64,000 nt of DNA from Hormiphora californensis (Eukaryota; Animalia; Ctenophora), in contig CM035360.1 of NCBI GenBank assembly GCA_020137815.1, positions 7,378,001 through 7,442,000 on the forward strand, read 5' to 3'. A program made the position numbers and the translations under genes. Positions 40,321 to 52,428 of the stretch are shown piece by piece. Position 1 is the first letter of the stretch. Every line of letters starts with the position of its first letter. The notes beneath the pieces are model-generated. The model did not search any database and was not told where the DNA came from. It worked only from the letters and a program-made list of their open reading frames with translations.

Positions 40321-40875
40321 TGCTCCTTAACCTGCTGCTCCCTCCTTAACCTGCTACATCCTCCTTAACCTGCTACATCCTCCTTAACCTGCTACATCCT
40401 CCTTAACCTGCACTCCTGCTCCCTCCTGAAACCTCCTGCTCCCTCCTTAACCTGCTAATTCCTCCTTAACCTGCTGCTCCCTCCTTAGCCTGCACTGCTG
40501 CTCCCTCCTTAACCTGCACTGCTGCTTCCTCCCTAACCTGCTGCTCCCTCCTCAACCTGCTGCTCCCTCCTTAACCTGCTACATCCTCCTTAACCTGCTA
40601 CATCCTCCTTAACCTGCTACATCCTCCTTAACCTGCACTCCTGCTCCCTCCTGAAACCTCCTGCTCCCTCCTTAACCTGCTGCTCCCTCCTTAACCTGCA
40701 CTGCTGCTCCCTCCTTAACCTGCACTCCTGCTCCCTCCTGAAACCTCCTGCTCCCTCCTTAACCTCCTGCTCCCTCCTTAACCTGCTGCTCCCTCCATAA
40801 CCTGCTACATCCTCCTTAACCTGCACTGCTGCTTCCTCCCTAACCTGCTGCTCCCCCCTCCTTAACCTGCTACAT
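40321..40875 (+). repeat. Degenerate ~19-22-bp minisatellite (CTCCTTAACCTGCTGCTCC)
   Basis: Direct inspection. Confidence 0.92.
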
Positions 40876-42294
40876 TTCCCATTTCCCTGTCCTTCCTACA
40901 TCTTCATGAGACTTAGTAGAGGGATCATCCAAGCCAGAGTAGTGAGAATTTTAGGTTCTTAGTGTGTTTTTTCTGTTTTAAGTGTATCTTGGCCTACGAG
41001 TTTGTGTAGAGTCTGAGTAGATGAGGTTCCAGATTGACTGAGTCTAAAGGGAGAAACGAAAGAAGAAAGAAGATCCATACATACCGTTTTAACGTTTTTA
41101 CCGATAAAAAACTATGCCATGTATGGACAATAAACTATTCGTGATGCTGAACTCTATTATTACCTATTAACCGTGTGTGTCTCATCTGATATTATGTCTG
41201 TTGTTATTATTTTGATGTTCACTTGTACCTGTTTGTTTATTTATTTATTTGACTGTTCTTTTGTTTGTTTGTTTGTATATATGCTTGTTTGTTAACTTTC
41301 TTGTTTGCCTGTCTGTTTAGTGTTAACTTATTTGTTTGTTTGTTTGCTTATTTATTTGTTTGGTTGTTTGTTTGTTCGTTTTGTTTGTCTGCGGGCTGTG
41401 TTGGTTTGTTTGTGCACTTTTTCAAAAGCCGTTGTATCTCAGTTATTTAATTGTGCAGTTTATGCTGATGTTATCTGCCTCATTGTATCGTGAACTAGCT
41501 TAACCCGCTTTAGGTAACCGCTGGTGCTTTCACATCAGCCTTGTAGCTTATTTTTTATATCTATTTATATTAAATATGTTTGGTGTAAGAGCGGGACAAG
41601 GTTTTAATATTTTTATATTGACTTTGTGATAAATAGTGATTAAACTTAAACTTGACAAACGGTTTTTCAGGGTTAAGTCTTAGGGCTAAAGTAGGGTTAG
41701 GGTTGGGGTTTGGCCTTGGGTTTGCGTTGGGGTTTGGGTCGGGGTTAGGCCTTGAGGCTTGACATTTCCTACCAGATAAACTTTGAATTAGCCAAATCGG
41801 TTGAGTGGTTTGGCGGTTAGAGCCATTTTTTTAGTAATTAGTGTATCAACTTTTTTGGCAGCGTGCACCTGTAAACATTTTTTTGAAAAACCGGGTTGAC
41901 CGGGCCCATTAATACGGAATATAACAATAAGTGTAATCAGTACATAAAGGTTAAAATAAATTAATTCGTTGCATTGTTTTTAATCAAGTATAAAATATTA
42001 AAATCATTCCTGTCTGTAAACCGTTTAGGACTGGAACCTCGGTGACCACGGAGGCTGACAACAAGGGTTTTCAAGAGACAAAAAACATGCCACCAAACAC
42101 CCAGATCGTAACGGCGCCCCTTCAGTTTCTTTTTTTGGAAAAACATTTTTCACGGCTATTTCAAAAAATGAATCATAGCCAGTAGCCACGCAGCCATTGG
42201 CCAATTTTAGTAATTTAGCCGGTATCTGATTGCTACTAATCCCTATTATCAAAATTGAGCTTAAATTGATGTTATTCTCGAAATCATAGTTAAA

Positions 42295-43559
42295 ATGGCA
42301 ACTGCTGAGGTAGAGATCCCGTCAGCTCTTGAAGAGTTAAAGGAGGTGAAGGAAGCAATCCCTCCAGTGCCCAAGAAACATCCTCTGGAAAATGCCTGGA
42401 CTCTGTGGTTCTTCAAGGAGGAGCGAGATAAGGACTGGATTGAATGCTACAAGAAAGTTGCTTCTTTTGAGACTGTCGAAGATTTCTGGGCCCTCTACAA
42501 CTTTATAATGCCTCCCACCCGACTTGGTGTAAAATGTGAATACTCTGTGTTTAAGGTATGTGTGATATATGTGTCAGCTGTGCAGTATGTGTCTTCCACA
42601 CCTCACTCACGCCTCACACATCTCTCTGAATCTGGTTAGGAGCCCTTGTCCCCATTTTTTAGGAGGGAATTCAGCCCATGTGGGAAGACAAGAGAAACCT
42701 TAGAGGCGGTCGATGGGTTTACGCAGTTCCCCAACAAAAAAATAGCAACGCACTTGACAAGCAATGGATGGAGATGGTAAGAGATTATGAGTGTTTTTAT
42801 ATTTCAGGATGGCATCAATCCTATGTGGGAGGATCCTAGAAATTGTGAAGGCGGCAAGTGGCGGTACAACATGCTGCTAAAGCAACAGGGAAATCTAGAT
42901 ATGTATTGGAAGGAGATGGTAAAGTTTTGGGGAGTAATTTTGACCTAAAAATAAAGTGTGGGGTTTTGCATGCCAGTGTGATTGAAATGTATGATTTGAC
43001 CTCGACTGACTATTCCTCTCTCAGCTGATGAGCATTGTGGGAGAGCAGTTTGATGAGCATTCCGGTGATGTGAACGGTGTTGTTCTACAGAGACGGCTGC
43101 GAAATGATCGTCTCTCCATCTGGGTATCAGACACTAACAACCTTACCTCCGTTCAAAGCATTGGGTGAGTGCTTCAACAAGCTATTTGTCAAAAATAAGC
43201 ATTTTTTATATTTGAATCACCATTTATACTTATTTCACATAAATTAAACCACCCAATTGTGTGTTGTTTTTACTTGCTGTTTTCACTGTAAACTAAGCAA
43301 TGCTGATCTGTTTGCCATTTCTACATTTCTGTCAGCTGAGCTTTTTATGTTGTTTTGGTCAATAATATTGAGATTTGACACTTCTCCCTACATGGTCTGA
43401 TTTAAATTGGGCCAACTTGACTAATATCTCTCTCCCCCTCCCTACAGATTGAAATTCAAGAGCACTCTCGGCCTCCCACCCAGTGTCAACATCCACTACG
43501 AATCCCACGCGGACGCTCAGACCAAGGCATCCAGTCACAAGTTCTCACTAAAACTCTAG
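42295..43559 (+). CDS. EIF4E: Eukaryotic translation initiation factor 4E (class I) with duplicated exon 2 (2A 42663-42776; 2B 42808-42918)
   Basis: KHPLENAWTLWFF...DW...FETVEDFWALY...CEYSVFK / (E/D)GI(Q/N)PMWED...GG(R/K)W / LMSIVGEQFD...DRLSIW / YESHAD. Other exons: 42295-42555, 43025-43164, 43448-43559. Confidence 0.96.
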
Positions 43560-43829
43560 GAAAACTCTGTGAACGCTCTCGGACTCACACGATTCGGACG
43601 ATCATTCGGATCTTTTGCTTCTTCTATTTTTTAAATCTCAGAGAGATCGTGGTGGGGTGGTTTGAATGGAATTGATAACGTTTGACAAATGTAATTTATT
43701 TGTGCAAAACACAAAACAAGTATAATTGTTTATGTGTTCCCATCGCCAGTTTCCCCTTTTCTCTATAAATGCCCCTCTCTGATAAAACCTCCCTCCCTCT
43801 CTCTGTCACCCTTCCCTCCCTTTAGCACT

Positions 43830-44924
43830 ATGGAAGGCTACTCAATCGGTGATATCAGTTCTCTCCTAAACTCCAGCACAGCACCAACTGCCACCCCCAC
43901 AAATGACCTCTTCTCAGCTACCCCTGCTACCACCCCCGTATCACTTGATGAGATCTACGCCAAACCGGCAGCTAAACGAGCCAAGAAAGACAAAAAGAAG
44001 AAGTCTGAGGATGATGTTTTAGAAAAAGAGGAGGAGAAAGAGGATGAACAACAGGGAGTTACTTACCAGCAGTTGTCTGCCGAGGAGAAGTTAGCCATTG
44101 ACAAAAGGACATTGTTCATTGGAAATTTGCCAATTGGTAGTAACAAGAAACAGCTGCACCGTGTGTTTAGAGAGTTTGGTAAGATTGAGTCAATGAGGTT
44201 CCGATCAGTTGCTGTTAGTGACCTAAAACTCGGTAAGAAAGTGTGTATGAAGGCAAACAAGGTGAACGAGAATGCGACCAATAAGAATGCTTACATCGTG
44301 TTTGCTAGTGAGGAATGTGTGACTGGGGCGGTTGTAAAGAACGGCTCCAAAATAGGAGACAACTGTATCCGAGTAGACAAGGTGGTTAAATCGAAAAAGG
44401 AACAGAGTGATGACCAACAAAAGTCCATATTTGTTGGTAACATGCCATTTGGTGCAGCTGAAGAGGAGGTCCGGGAGGCCCTGGCTCAGTGTGGGGAAAT
44501 TGAGTACGTGAGACTAACTCGTGACAAACAAACCAACATTGGTAAAGGGTTTGGGTATGTTAAGTTTGTGGATTCTGCTGGAGTGATGTTGGCTATGAAG
44601 ATCAAGGATAGTGTTACAGTTGGGGGAAGGCAACTCAGGATTCAGCGGTGTAAGAGCAAGGTTACACTGGAAAACAAGAAGAAGATATCGGATGAGAAGA
44701 AGAAGAAGAAAGAAGAGGAAGAGGAGGGAAGGAAGAAGGGTGGGTTCCGAGGGAGAAAATCCAAGGGTACAGATAAGGATTTGTTTAAAACTAAATCACC
44801 CGCTGGGAAGAAGGGTTTCAAGCCACCCGGTAAGGGGAGCAACAAACAGAAACCGATCAGTAAGAGGAAGTTCGATAAAAAGGTTAACAAGGCATCCAAG
44901 AAAAATCAGGCTCCAGCGAAATGA
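43830..44924 (+). CDS. RBM34: RNA-binding protein 34 / Nop12-like nucleolar protein with two RRMs; intronless
   Basis: RTLFIGNLP...FGKIESMRFRSV...NAYIVF; SIFVGNMPF...NIGKGFGYVKF; Lys-rich tail. ATG 43830 follows a pyrimidine tract-AG. Confidence 0.9.
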   Translation: MEGYSIGDISSLLNSSTAPTATPTNDLFSATPATTPVSLDEIYAKPAAKRAKKDKKKKSEDDVLEKEEEKEDEQQGVTYQQLSAEEKLAIDKRTLFIGNLPIGSNKKQLHRVFREFGKIESMRFRSVAVSDLKLGKKVCMKANKVNENATNKNAYIVFASEECVTGAVVKNGSKIGDNCIRVDKVVKSKKEQSDDQQKSIFVGNMPFGAAEEEVREALAQCGEIEYVRLTRDKQTNIGKGFGYVKFVDSAGVMLAMKIKDSVTVGGRQLRIQRCKSKVTLENKKKISDEKKKKKEEEEEGRKKGGFRGRKSKGTDKDLFKTKSPAGKKGFKPPGKGSNKQKPISKRKFDKKVNKASKKNQAPAK

Positions 44925-45339
44925 GGAAAAACGACAGCTGATGATTGATGGATGACTGGTTAAGTTTGAAGGACGCTCTGTTTTAACTGTAGCTTTGGAG
45001 AGGTTTTTAAGTTTCAGTTATGTGACACGGGTAATTTATTATTTTACTGCAGAGTAACACTTTTAACAAAACAACTTTGTTTTCTTTCCCCCTTCTCCCC
45101 TACTATACCTCTCTTGCATGGAGAATTCTTACATGTACAACATGTTTTTTATTCAACCAAGCTAAGATTGCTTTTAATAACATGTTGCACAACTTTTCTC
45201 AGCTACATCTCTCTCAACGATTTTCTCCCCCAATCCTGATAACTCCATCACCCCCTCGCATAATACATCCCATATCCTTTCATCCCCCACCTTTCCTGAT
45301 TCTCTAGTTCTCTCACTAACACCTTATCTTACAGCACAC

Positions 45340-48010
45340 ATGGCGTTAGCAGCAACCAGGAGAACTAATGTGCGTCTCCCGCCTGAGGTTAACAGGATTC
45401 TATACGTGAGGAACCTTCCCTATAAAATCACTGCTGAGGAGATTTACGATATTTTCGGGAAGTACGGGCCTATCAGACAAGTCAGAGTGTAAGTAGTTAT
45501 CTGGGCCTATCAGACAAGTCAGAGTGTAAGTATTTATCTGGGGTTCAGGAGTAAATAATAATAATAATAATAATAAAGGGTTTTTAGTATACCGCTCAGT
45601 CCAGACAGGGCTGGATCATTGACATGAGTCCAACACTGCCCAGATTCAGAGCGGTACACCAAGGTTGCTAATATCCTGACTCACTTAGAACAAAATAGAC
45701 ACATCTACTGATTATATACTCCAAAAATTGAAAAAAGCCTAAGGAAAAACGGGACACATAAACTTCTGGAAAACAACTTGTTAGCTGAAATTAAATAACA
45801 GACTATAAATCGAGATAAAGAAACAAAGCCAGTAGCCCTCATGCTACAAACAAAAGTCAGCCCAACTGCATCAGCAGCCCCCCTGCTATAATAGCCCTAG
45901 GAAGGGAAATAGTAAGGAATTGTTATGCTAGAATTGCCTGCTCGACACGGGAAAGGGGAAGGATAGGACACCTCCGATTACAACTCTGAAGCAGATCCGA
46001 ATGCCTCCTGAAACAACCTTGTCTTTAGTCTTGTTTTAAACAGATCAACAGGATGAACTGATCTGAGCTCAAGGGGGAGATCATTCCATACATCAGGAAG
46101 AAACACCGAAAGTCTCCTCCGACGCAACTTCGAGTTTGCATTGATACTTGATAGTTTGGGATATTTTAGCCGGAGAAAGTCTGGAACAGTTGTAGCCCTC
46201 GTCATCCTCACAGATCCATATTCCTCATCCCTAGGTACCAAATCCAACAAGTACCTAGGGGCAGTTCCTCGAACAATCTTGTAAGCCAGGAGACATGCCT
46301 TAAAAGTTAATCTCTGCTGTATTGGAAGAATGTGAGCCTCTTTGAAATACTCCATGTAATCATCTTGATGACCATTCAGATTAAAGACAAATCGGATACA
46401 GGAGTTCAGAGTCTTCTGTAGATTTTGAAGGATTCGTTGTGGAAGTCCATAGTACAAGATATTACAATAGTCAATCTTTGATATCACCAGCTGCTTTACC
46501 AGAAGGATCTTAGTACTCTTGTCTAGGCACTTATTAACTTGCCAGAGGTTCTTCAGCATCAGTCCACATTGTCGTTTCACATTATTTACCTGACGCTCCA
46601 GCGTAAGGTGATCATCAAGTAGTACTCCTAGTGTTTTTCCAGTCTGTCCTTGGCATCTCATTGGTACTAATGACGTACCCCCAAAGTTTATTACCGGATC
46701 AAAATTGAGCTTTTCCAAAGAGCTCGATTTCCCAAGGAGGACAAACTCTGTCTTGTCTTCATTACACTTAAGCCAGTTAGAGACCATCCACTTCTTCATA
46801 TTACCAAGGCACTCCTCCACTGCCTGCTTCGTTACATTCCATCCATCTGCATCAGTCGGTATCAGGCTAACATACAGTTGAGAGTCATCAGCATAGAGCT
46901 TGATGCTCAAACCATATGGCCGGGCAATATCCTGTAATTCCTCAATGTAAAGTAGAAAAAGAACCGGTCCTAACAGAGATCCCTGTGGAACCCCACAGAT
47001 AAGGGCAATAGCCGCTGAAAGTTCTCCTCGTATGTTCACTTGAAAATTCCTCGATCCCAGGTAACTCCTAAACCAGTCCAACGCCAATCCAGTAACACCA
47101 AACCTCCTCTCTAATACTCCAATCAGCGCCTGATGGTCCACCGTGTCAAATGCCGCACTCATGCCGCACGCATGTTTTTTGTTACTAGGATTTTTCCGTG
47201 TCTGGGATTTAGTTACGAAGTCACCCCTAATATTTCGCCCCACTGGGGTGCTCACGCGGAGGGATAATTTCATTACCAAGTCTGGGAGTTGGAGAGATCT
47301 TGTTTAGTTGTTTTCAGTGTGATGAAGCAACATTTTTCTTGTATGTGGGCACTAATTATAACTCAGCATCGTTTTAAAGAGACAGCTCATGACCGTCTCT
47401 TCAAGAGACTCTCTTGATACCTTTTACGTACTACCATTCGAGTTACGAAATGCCTTGATATTATAACTCTATCTCTATAATAGTTCTTTAGAGTTTAATC
47501 GATCACCGATCACAAAACTTAAGGTAGGATTCTCAGAACATCCATTTCCAAGAACAATCCTTATTTTCAGGGGCACCAATCCTGAGACAAAGGGGACAGC
47601 GTTTGTTGTGTATGAGGACATATTCGATGCTAAGAACGCGTGTGATCATCTTAGTGGATTTAATGTGTGTAACAGATATCTTGTAGTTCTTTACTATCAA
47701 TCAACAAAGGTAAAATATTAGCAGATTTAGTGTTGTACTAAGTGGTACTTACTTGGTTCAAATGATGCCATAATGAAAGAGAGAAAGAGAATAAGAGATG
47801 TGGGATGATGGATTTTGTTGCTAATGGATAACAATATAGTACTTGTAGTTGCATTGTCATAGCTTTTACAACGCCCATCACTACCTTTCCATAGAATAAT
47901 ATACCTAACCCATTCTCCCACTACAGTTGTACCAGAAAGTTGACGCTGAGAAGAAGCAAGCTCAGTTAGATGCCGCTAAAAAGAAGTATGGTGTAGATGG
48001 GGCTAAATAA
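45340..48010 (+). CDS. SF3B6: Splicing factor 3B subunit 6 (p14), 3 exons
   Basis: [39 protein letters not shown] / [42 protein letters not shown]. Confidence 0.97.
45553..47160 (-). mobile_element. 5'-truncated CR1/L2-group LINE in SF3B6 intron 1
   Basis: RT motifs [41 protein letters not shown]; C-terminal WNDLP...FKTRLKT; 3' (TTA)n tail near 45553-45575. Confidence 0.93.
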
Positions 48011-48283
48011 GGGGGACGGCTGGAGATTAGGAAATCTCTAACTACACACCAGTGAGCTATTCAGATACTGCAACAAGCGGGGCAAAGAGAAGAACTAAGA
48101 AGGAGACAGAGACAATATGTTCTATTTTATTATATTGACACATCTTATCATAACCTTGGGGTCAATGCCCTGGTATTCAACTTGTATTATTTTCTAATAG
48201 GGTCCGACACCAGATATTTCCCTGTTTTATCTAACTATCCTTCTTCTATCTACAGCATGTAAATCAGATAGTAACGTGGTGTA

Positions 48284-48992
48284 ATGTCTGATTTGAGGTC
48301 CTTCACGTCGATATTCATAAGGCAGGATCAAGGTAAGATTTTCCCAGGACCCTGACTAACCCTTTTCTTGCCTAGCTAGACTGTCTGAACAAAAGTCAAA
48401 ACAACCCTTTTCTATCTAGGACACTTCAAACTAACCCTTTCTTCTCTTCCCAGATCGGCCATCTGATCAGAGTGACCAGGACCTCCTCACCGAGCAGTCA
48501 ACATCATGGAATCCATGGTCAACAGCTGTCCAGGAAGACCCCTGGCTCCCCTCCATGACCAAAAAGCAAAGACTCATGGGCTTCCTAGCATGTCTCATGG
48601 GTGGCTCTCTCTTCTTCTCAATCTCCTTGATTTACCTTCCCTTTATCCTGCTCAAAGCACGGAAGTTTGCCCTTCTCTTTTCACTAGGCTCGGTGTTTAC
48701 CATGGCCAGTTTCTCACTCCTGTGGGGTCCGATGAATCACATTAAACACCTCCTATCCCGGGCCAGGCTACCCTTTACTGTGGCCTATGTAGGAACACTA
48801 TTCGGGACTATATATGTGGCTATGGTACTAAAAAGTACTCTTCTCACAGTACCCTGTGCGGTGTTTCAATTAGTTGCCCTCCTGTGGTATGTGTTTAGTT
48901 ATGTACCAGGTGGGGTGACTGGTCTCAAGTTTTTAACCAAGTTGTTGGGGAGTGCGCTGGTGAAGAAAGCAGAAAATATCCTGCCGGTGTAA
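48284..48992 (+). CDS. Vesicle transport protein SFT2 (Got1/Sft2 family, SFT2D3-like), 2 exons
   Basis: LPSMTKKQRLMGF...KARKFALLFSLGS...LWGP...RLPFT...WYVFSYVPGG. Confidence 0.9.
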
Positions 48993-49066
48993 AAGACAAT
49001 TGTGTGATGTTTTGGTGGTCTTCAGATGCACAGAATCTTCCATTTCTTTGCAGGGGGTATTACAAG

Positions 49067-50616
49067 GTGGCCCATAAATTATGATAGCGGGGGACGAGCT
49101 GTACCTCCGAAACGGTGATAGTTATGTAAAAACAAACTACGGGAACATGCTGGAACAATTCCTGGACGGCTTTTTGCAAATTATGAAATTTTTATTCAAA
49201 AGTTCATTTCTCATTCATGAACTTTCTCCACGTTCATTAATGAACTAAGGACTCTAATTTACCGAGAGTGAGGCATTTTGTTTGGGTTGAATTTATCTTT
49301 CCAATGAGCACCATGAAAATCAAATTGAAGCACCAGGTCACATGGCAGTTGAGAAAATGCACATGCATGATTTTGGCTCTTCCTGCGACTTTCAATCAGC
49401 TGCATCACGGCTACCTTTTGTTCAATCTATTTGAAACTTTGGGTGAACATAGGATAACCAAAGATCTTTCCTCACAAGAAAAATCAAGGTCAAAACTGAA
49501 AGTTCATTTTTGAGTTTTGGTAGTTCATTCCACTCATTCAGGAACCAACATCCCTAAAGTGATGAAAAGTGATTGGTTTTGTTTGGCCCATACCCTGCGA
49601 TGATGGAGAGGTGTAAAAACACGTTTCCGGGCTAGTTAGTGGGTGTCCATGTGATCATGATGATATCTGACACCTCTTCTGAGCCATAATCAAGGGATTT
49701 TCTCGAATTCAAGAATGTGATTTGGGTTATCTGTGATTGGTATCGTGCAGCAATGTTGAGAGACCTCATAGCACCTCAAAAATTATGATTAGCTCAATGA
49801 AATGAGTTGATTTATGATAGAAGAGATAAAACAGACGTCAAAATGAACTTAACTACCATTTTCGATCCAAAATCAGCTCATTTCATTGAGCTAATCATAA
49901 TTTTCGAGGTGCTATGAGACCTCTCAACATTGCTGCACGATACCAATCACAGATAACTCAAATCACATGCTTGAATTCGAGAAAATCCCTTGATTATGGC
50001 TCAGAAGAGGTGTCAGATATCATCATGATCACATGGACACCCACTAACTAGCCCGGAAACGTGTTTTTACACCTCTCCATCATCGCAGGGTATGGGCCAA
50101 ACAAAACCAATCACTTTTCATCACTTTAGGGATGTTGGTTCCTGAATGAGTGGAATGAACTACCAAAACTCAAAAATGAACTTTCAGTTTTGACCTTGAT
50201 TTTTCTTGTGAGGAAAGATCTTTGGTTATCCGATGTTCACCCAAAGTTTCAAAAAGATTGAACAAAAGGTAGCCGTGATACAGCTGATTGAAAGTCGCAG
50301 GAAGAGCCAAAATCATGCATGTGCATTTTCTCAACTGCCATGTGACCTGGTGCTTCAATTTGATTTTCATGGTGCTCATTGGAAAGATAAATTCAACCCA
50401 AACAAAATGCCTCACTCTCGGTAAATTAGAGTCCTTAGTTCATTAATGAACGTGGAGAAAGTTCATGAATGAGAAATGAACTTTTGAATAAAAATTTCAT
50501 AATTTGCAAAAAGCCGTCCAGGAATTGTTCCAGCATGTTCCCGTAGTTTGTTTTTACATAACTATCACCGTTTCGGAGGTACAGCTCGTCCCCCGCTATC
50601 ATAATTTATGGGCCAC
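49067..50616. mobile_element. 1.55-kb near-perfect palindromic foldback element
   Basis: ~745-bp arms (49067-~49812 vs ~49869-50616) with a ~55-bp spacer; the mirrored 81-aa ORFs differ by one residue. Confidence 0.92.
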
Positions 50617-50821
50617 GCATTTATTCAGCATGTTGTGTGGTACGTTATGAGTGTACAGTTTGAGTATAATTTATTTGTGAGAGTTTGTGTATAAACCATT
50701 GGTTGAATGTTGGTATCTTTTTGCATGATATTTCGGGGAAAATGTTTGTCATCATAATTCGCTTAATCAGCTCATTTGAAAACTTTTTAAAAACTAACTT
50801 AACCCCTAGCCTAGTTACATT

Positions 50822-52179
50822 ATGGGTGACAGTGCACTTACCTCGCTGACTAAAGAGCAGATTGATGAGCTGTATAAAACTGGTGCCTTTCTCGTAATTA
50901 AGAATATGCCGCCTGGCACAGAGTTTGGAATCGACTACGCTAGCTGGACGGTAAGAGTGGTATAGTAGGGTGAACTAGTGGGGAAATTCGAGTGAAAATT
51001 GAGTCATTTATTATTTTTTATAGTTCAACTTCTAAAATTTAAAAATAACCTCCTCTCCAGGTTGGACCCAAGTTCATGGGGCTGAAGATGGTCCCACCGG
51101 GTGTCCACTTTATATTTTACAATGCTGTCAGTAAAGAGGGGGCGGTGGGATCTAGAACCGGATTCTTCCACTCATTCTCTAAGGGCGAGGTTAGTAAACT
51201 GCAGACAACTCCTATTGCAGTTGTACTTGTAGAGGAAGCATACGACGTGTCCAATTTATGGAACCTCTTTTAATTTTTTAAGGTTCAGCGATAGTACTCT
51301 ATTTTCTTGCCATCCTAATTCTCAACCCATCCCATTTAGGTATTGTATAAGGAGTGGAACGCGAAGGAGGAAACCCTAACAAACCTTCCTGAACCTCACC
51401 CCTCTCCTCAATCCCTCGATACCAACCTCGCAGCATACCCCTTCCAGCACCTCAAACGGTGGACAAGTCTCAGTGACCATGTGACGCCTCTCTCTGTTGC
51501 TCGAACCACTCCCTCCTCGGGGTATATCTACTCAGCTACTGCCCTGCTGCCCAATCCCAATGCTGCCCAAGATGTGAATGATGCAGTGACAATTGAGGAA
51601 AAGTTGGACGCTAAGTTTGTTACAGACCCAGAAAACACGATGAAATTCACAAAAGTTGACCGGAAAGGTGCGAGTAGGGGTAAATCAGGGTCTGATTTAT
51701 CCCAGTTTTTCCTGGATACATCTGGTACAGTTGATTGGATGATGGGGGAGTGCGGGGGTGAAGGTGAGGTTCTGGCGGAACTCCAGATATCCTTCATTGT
51801 CTTTCTTCTGGGACATGTTTACAGTGCCTTTGAGCAGTGGAAACAAATGGTGGACACCCTTTGTAGAGCTCAGACATCCCTCCAAACTCGACCAGAGTTC
51901 TACAAATCATTTATCCACACCCTACATTTCCACCTGAAGGAGACACCACGTGACTTCTTCGTGGACATAGTGTCACGTGACAATTTCCTGGCAGCTTGTC
52001 TGGGAGAGTTTTTCAGGACGCTTGGTGAGGGGGAGCAGGAGGGGGTTATAGATAAAGGGTTAGTTGAGAAGGGGAGGAAGTTTAGAGGGCATCTAGAGGA
52101 ACATTTTAGTTGGGAGTTTGATGAGGGAGATGAGGATGAGTTACCTGTTGTGGTTGAACTGCCGAGTGATGTTGCTTAA
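50822..52179 (+). CDS. AAR2: AAR2 U5 snRNP assembly factor, 3 exons
   Basis: PPGTEFGIDYASWT/VGPKFMGLKMVPPGVHFIFY; LAELQISFIVFLLGH...FEQWK; DFFVDIVSRDNFL; DEDELPVVV. Confidence 0.93.
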
Positions 52180-52428
52180 CTTTATCATGTTTTAATGATC
52201 TGTGGGATACGTTACAGACGTTTTTAGTTGTTTATTTATTTTGATAAATAGTATTTTTAACCGATTTTATCCAGTTCTCGTTTATTTCGGCTCCATTCCC
52301 CATCTTTACCCTACTAACTCCCCCTCCCCTCCTTCCCCCATCTCTACCCAACTAACTCCCCCTCCCCTCCCCTGGCCCTCCTTCCCCCATCTTTACCTAA
52401 CTAACTCCTCCTCCACCTGACAGCGTGT

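Noticed and set aside
41668-41750. Telomere-like TTAGGG/GGGTT run
   Set aside because: Short and degenerate; more likely part of an interspersed repeat.
47161-47279. N-terminus of the 433-aa RT ORF
   Set aside because: It derives from an unrelated small repeat (related copies near 14862-14930 and 57983-58004) fused in frame to a truncated LINE, so it is not a domesticated gene.
49268-50415. Two mirrored 81-aa ORFs (also the pair at 22337-22582 and 24747-24992)
   Set aside because: By-products of inverted repeats, with no coding signature.
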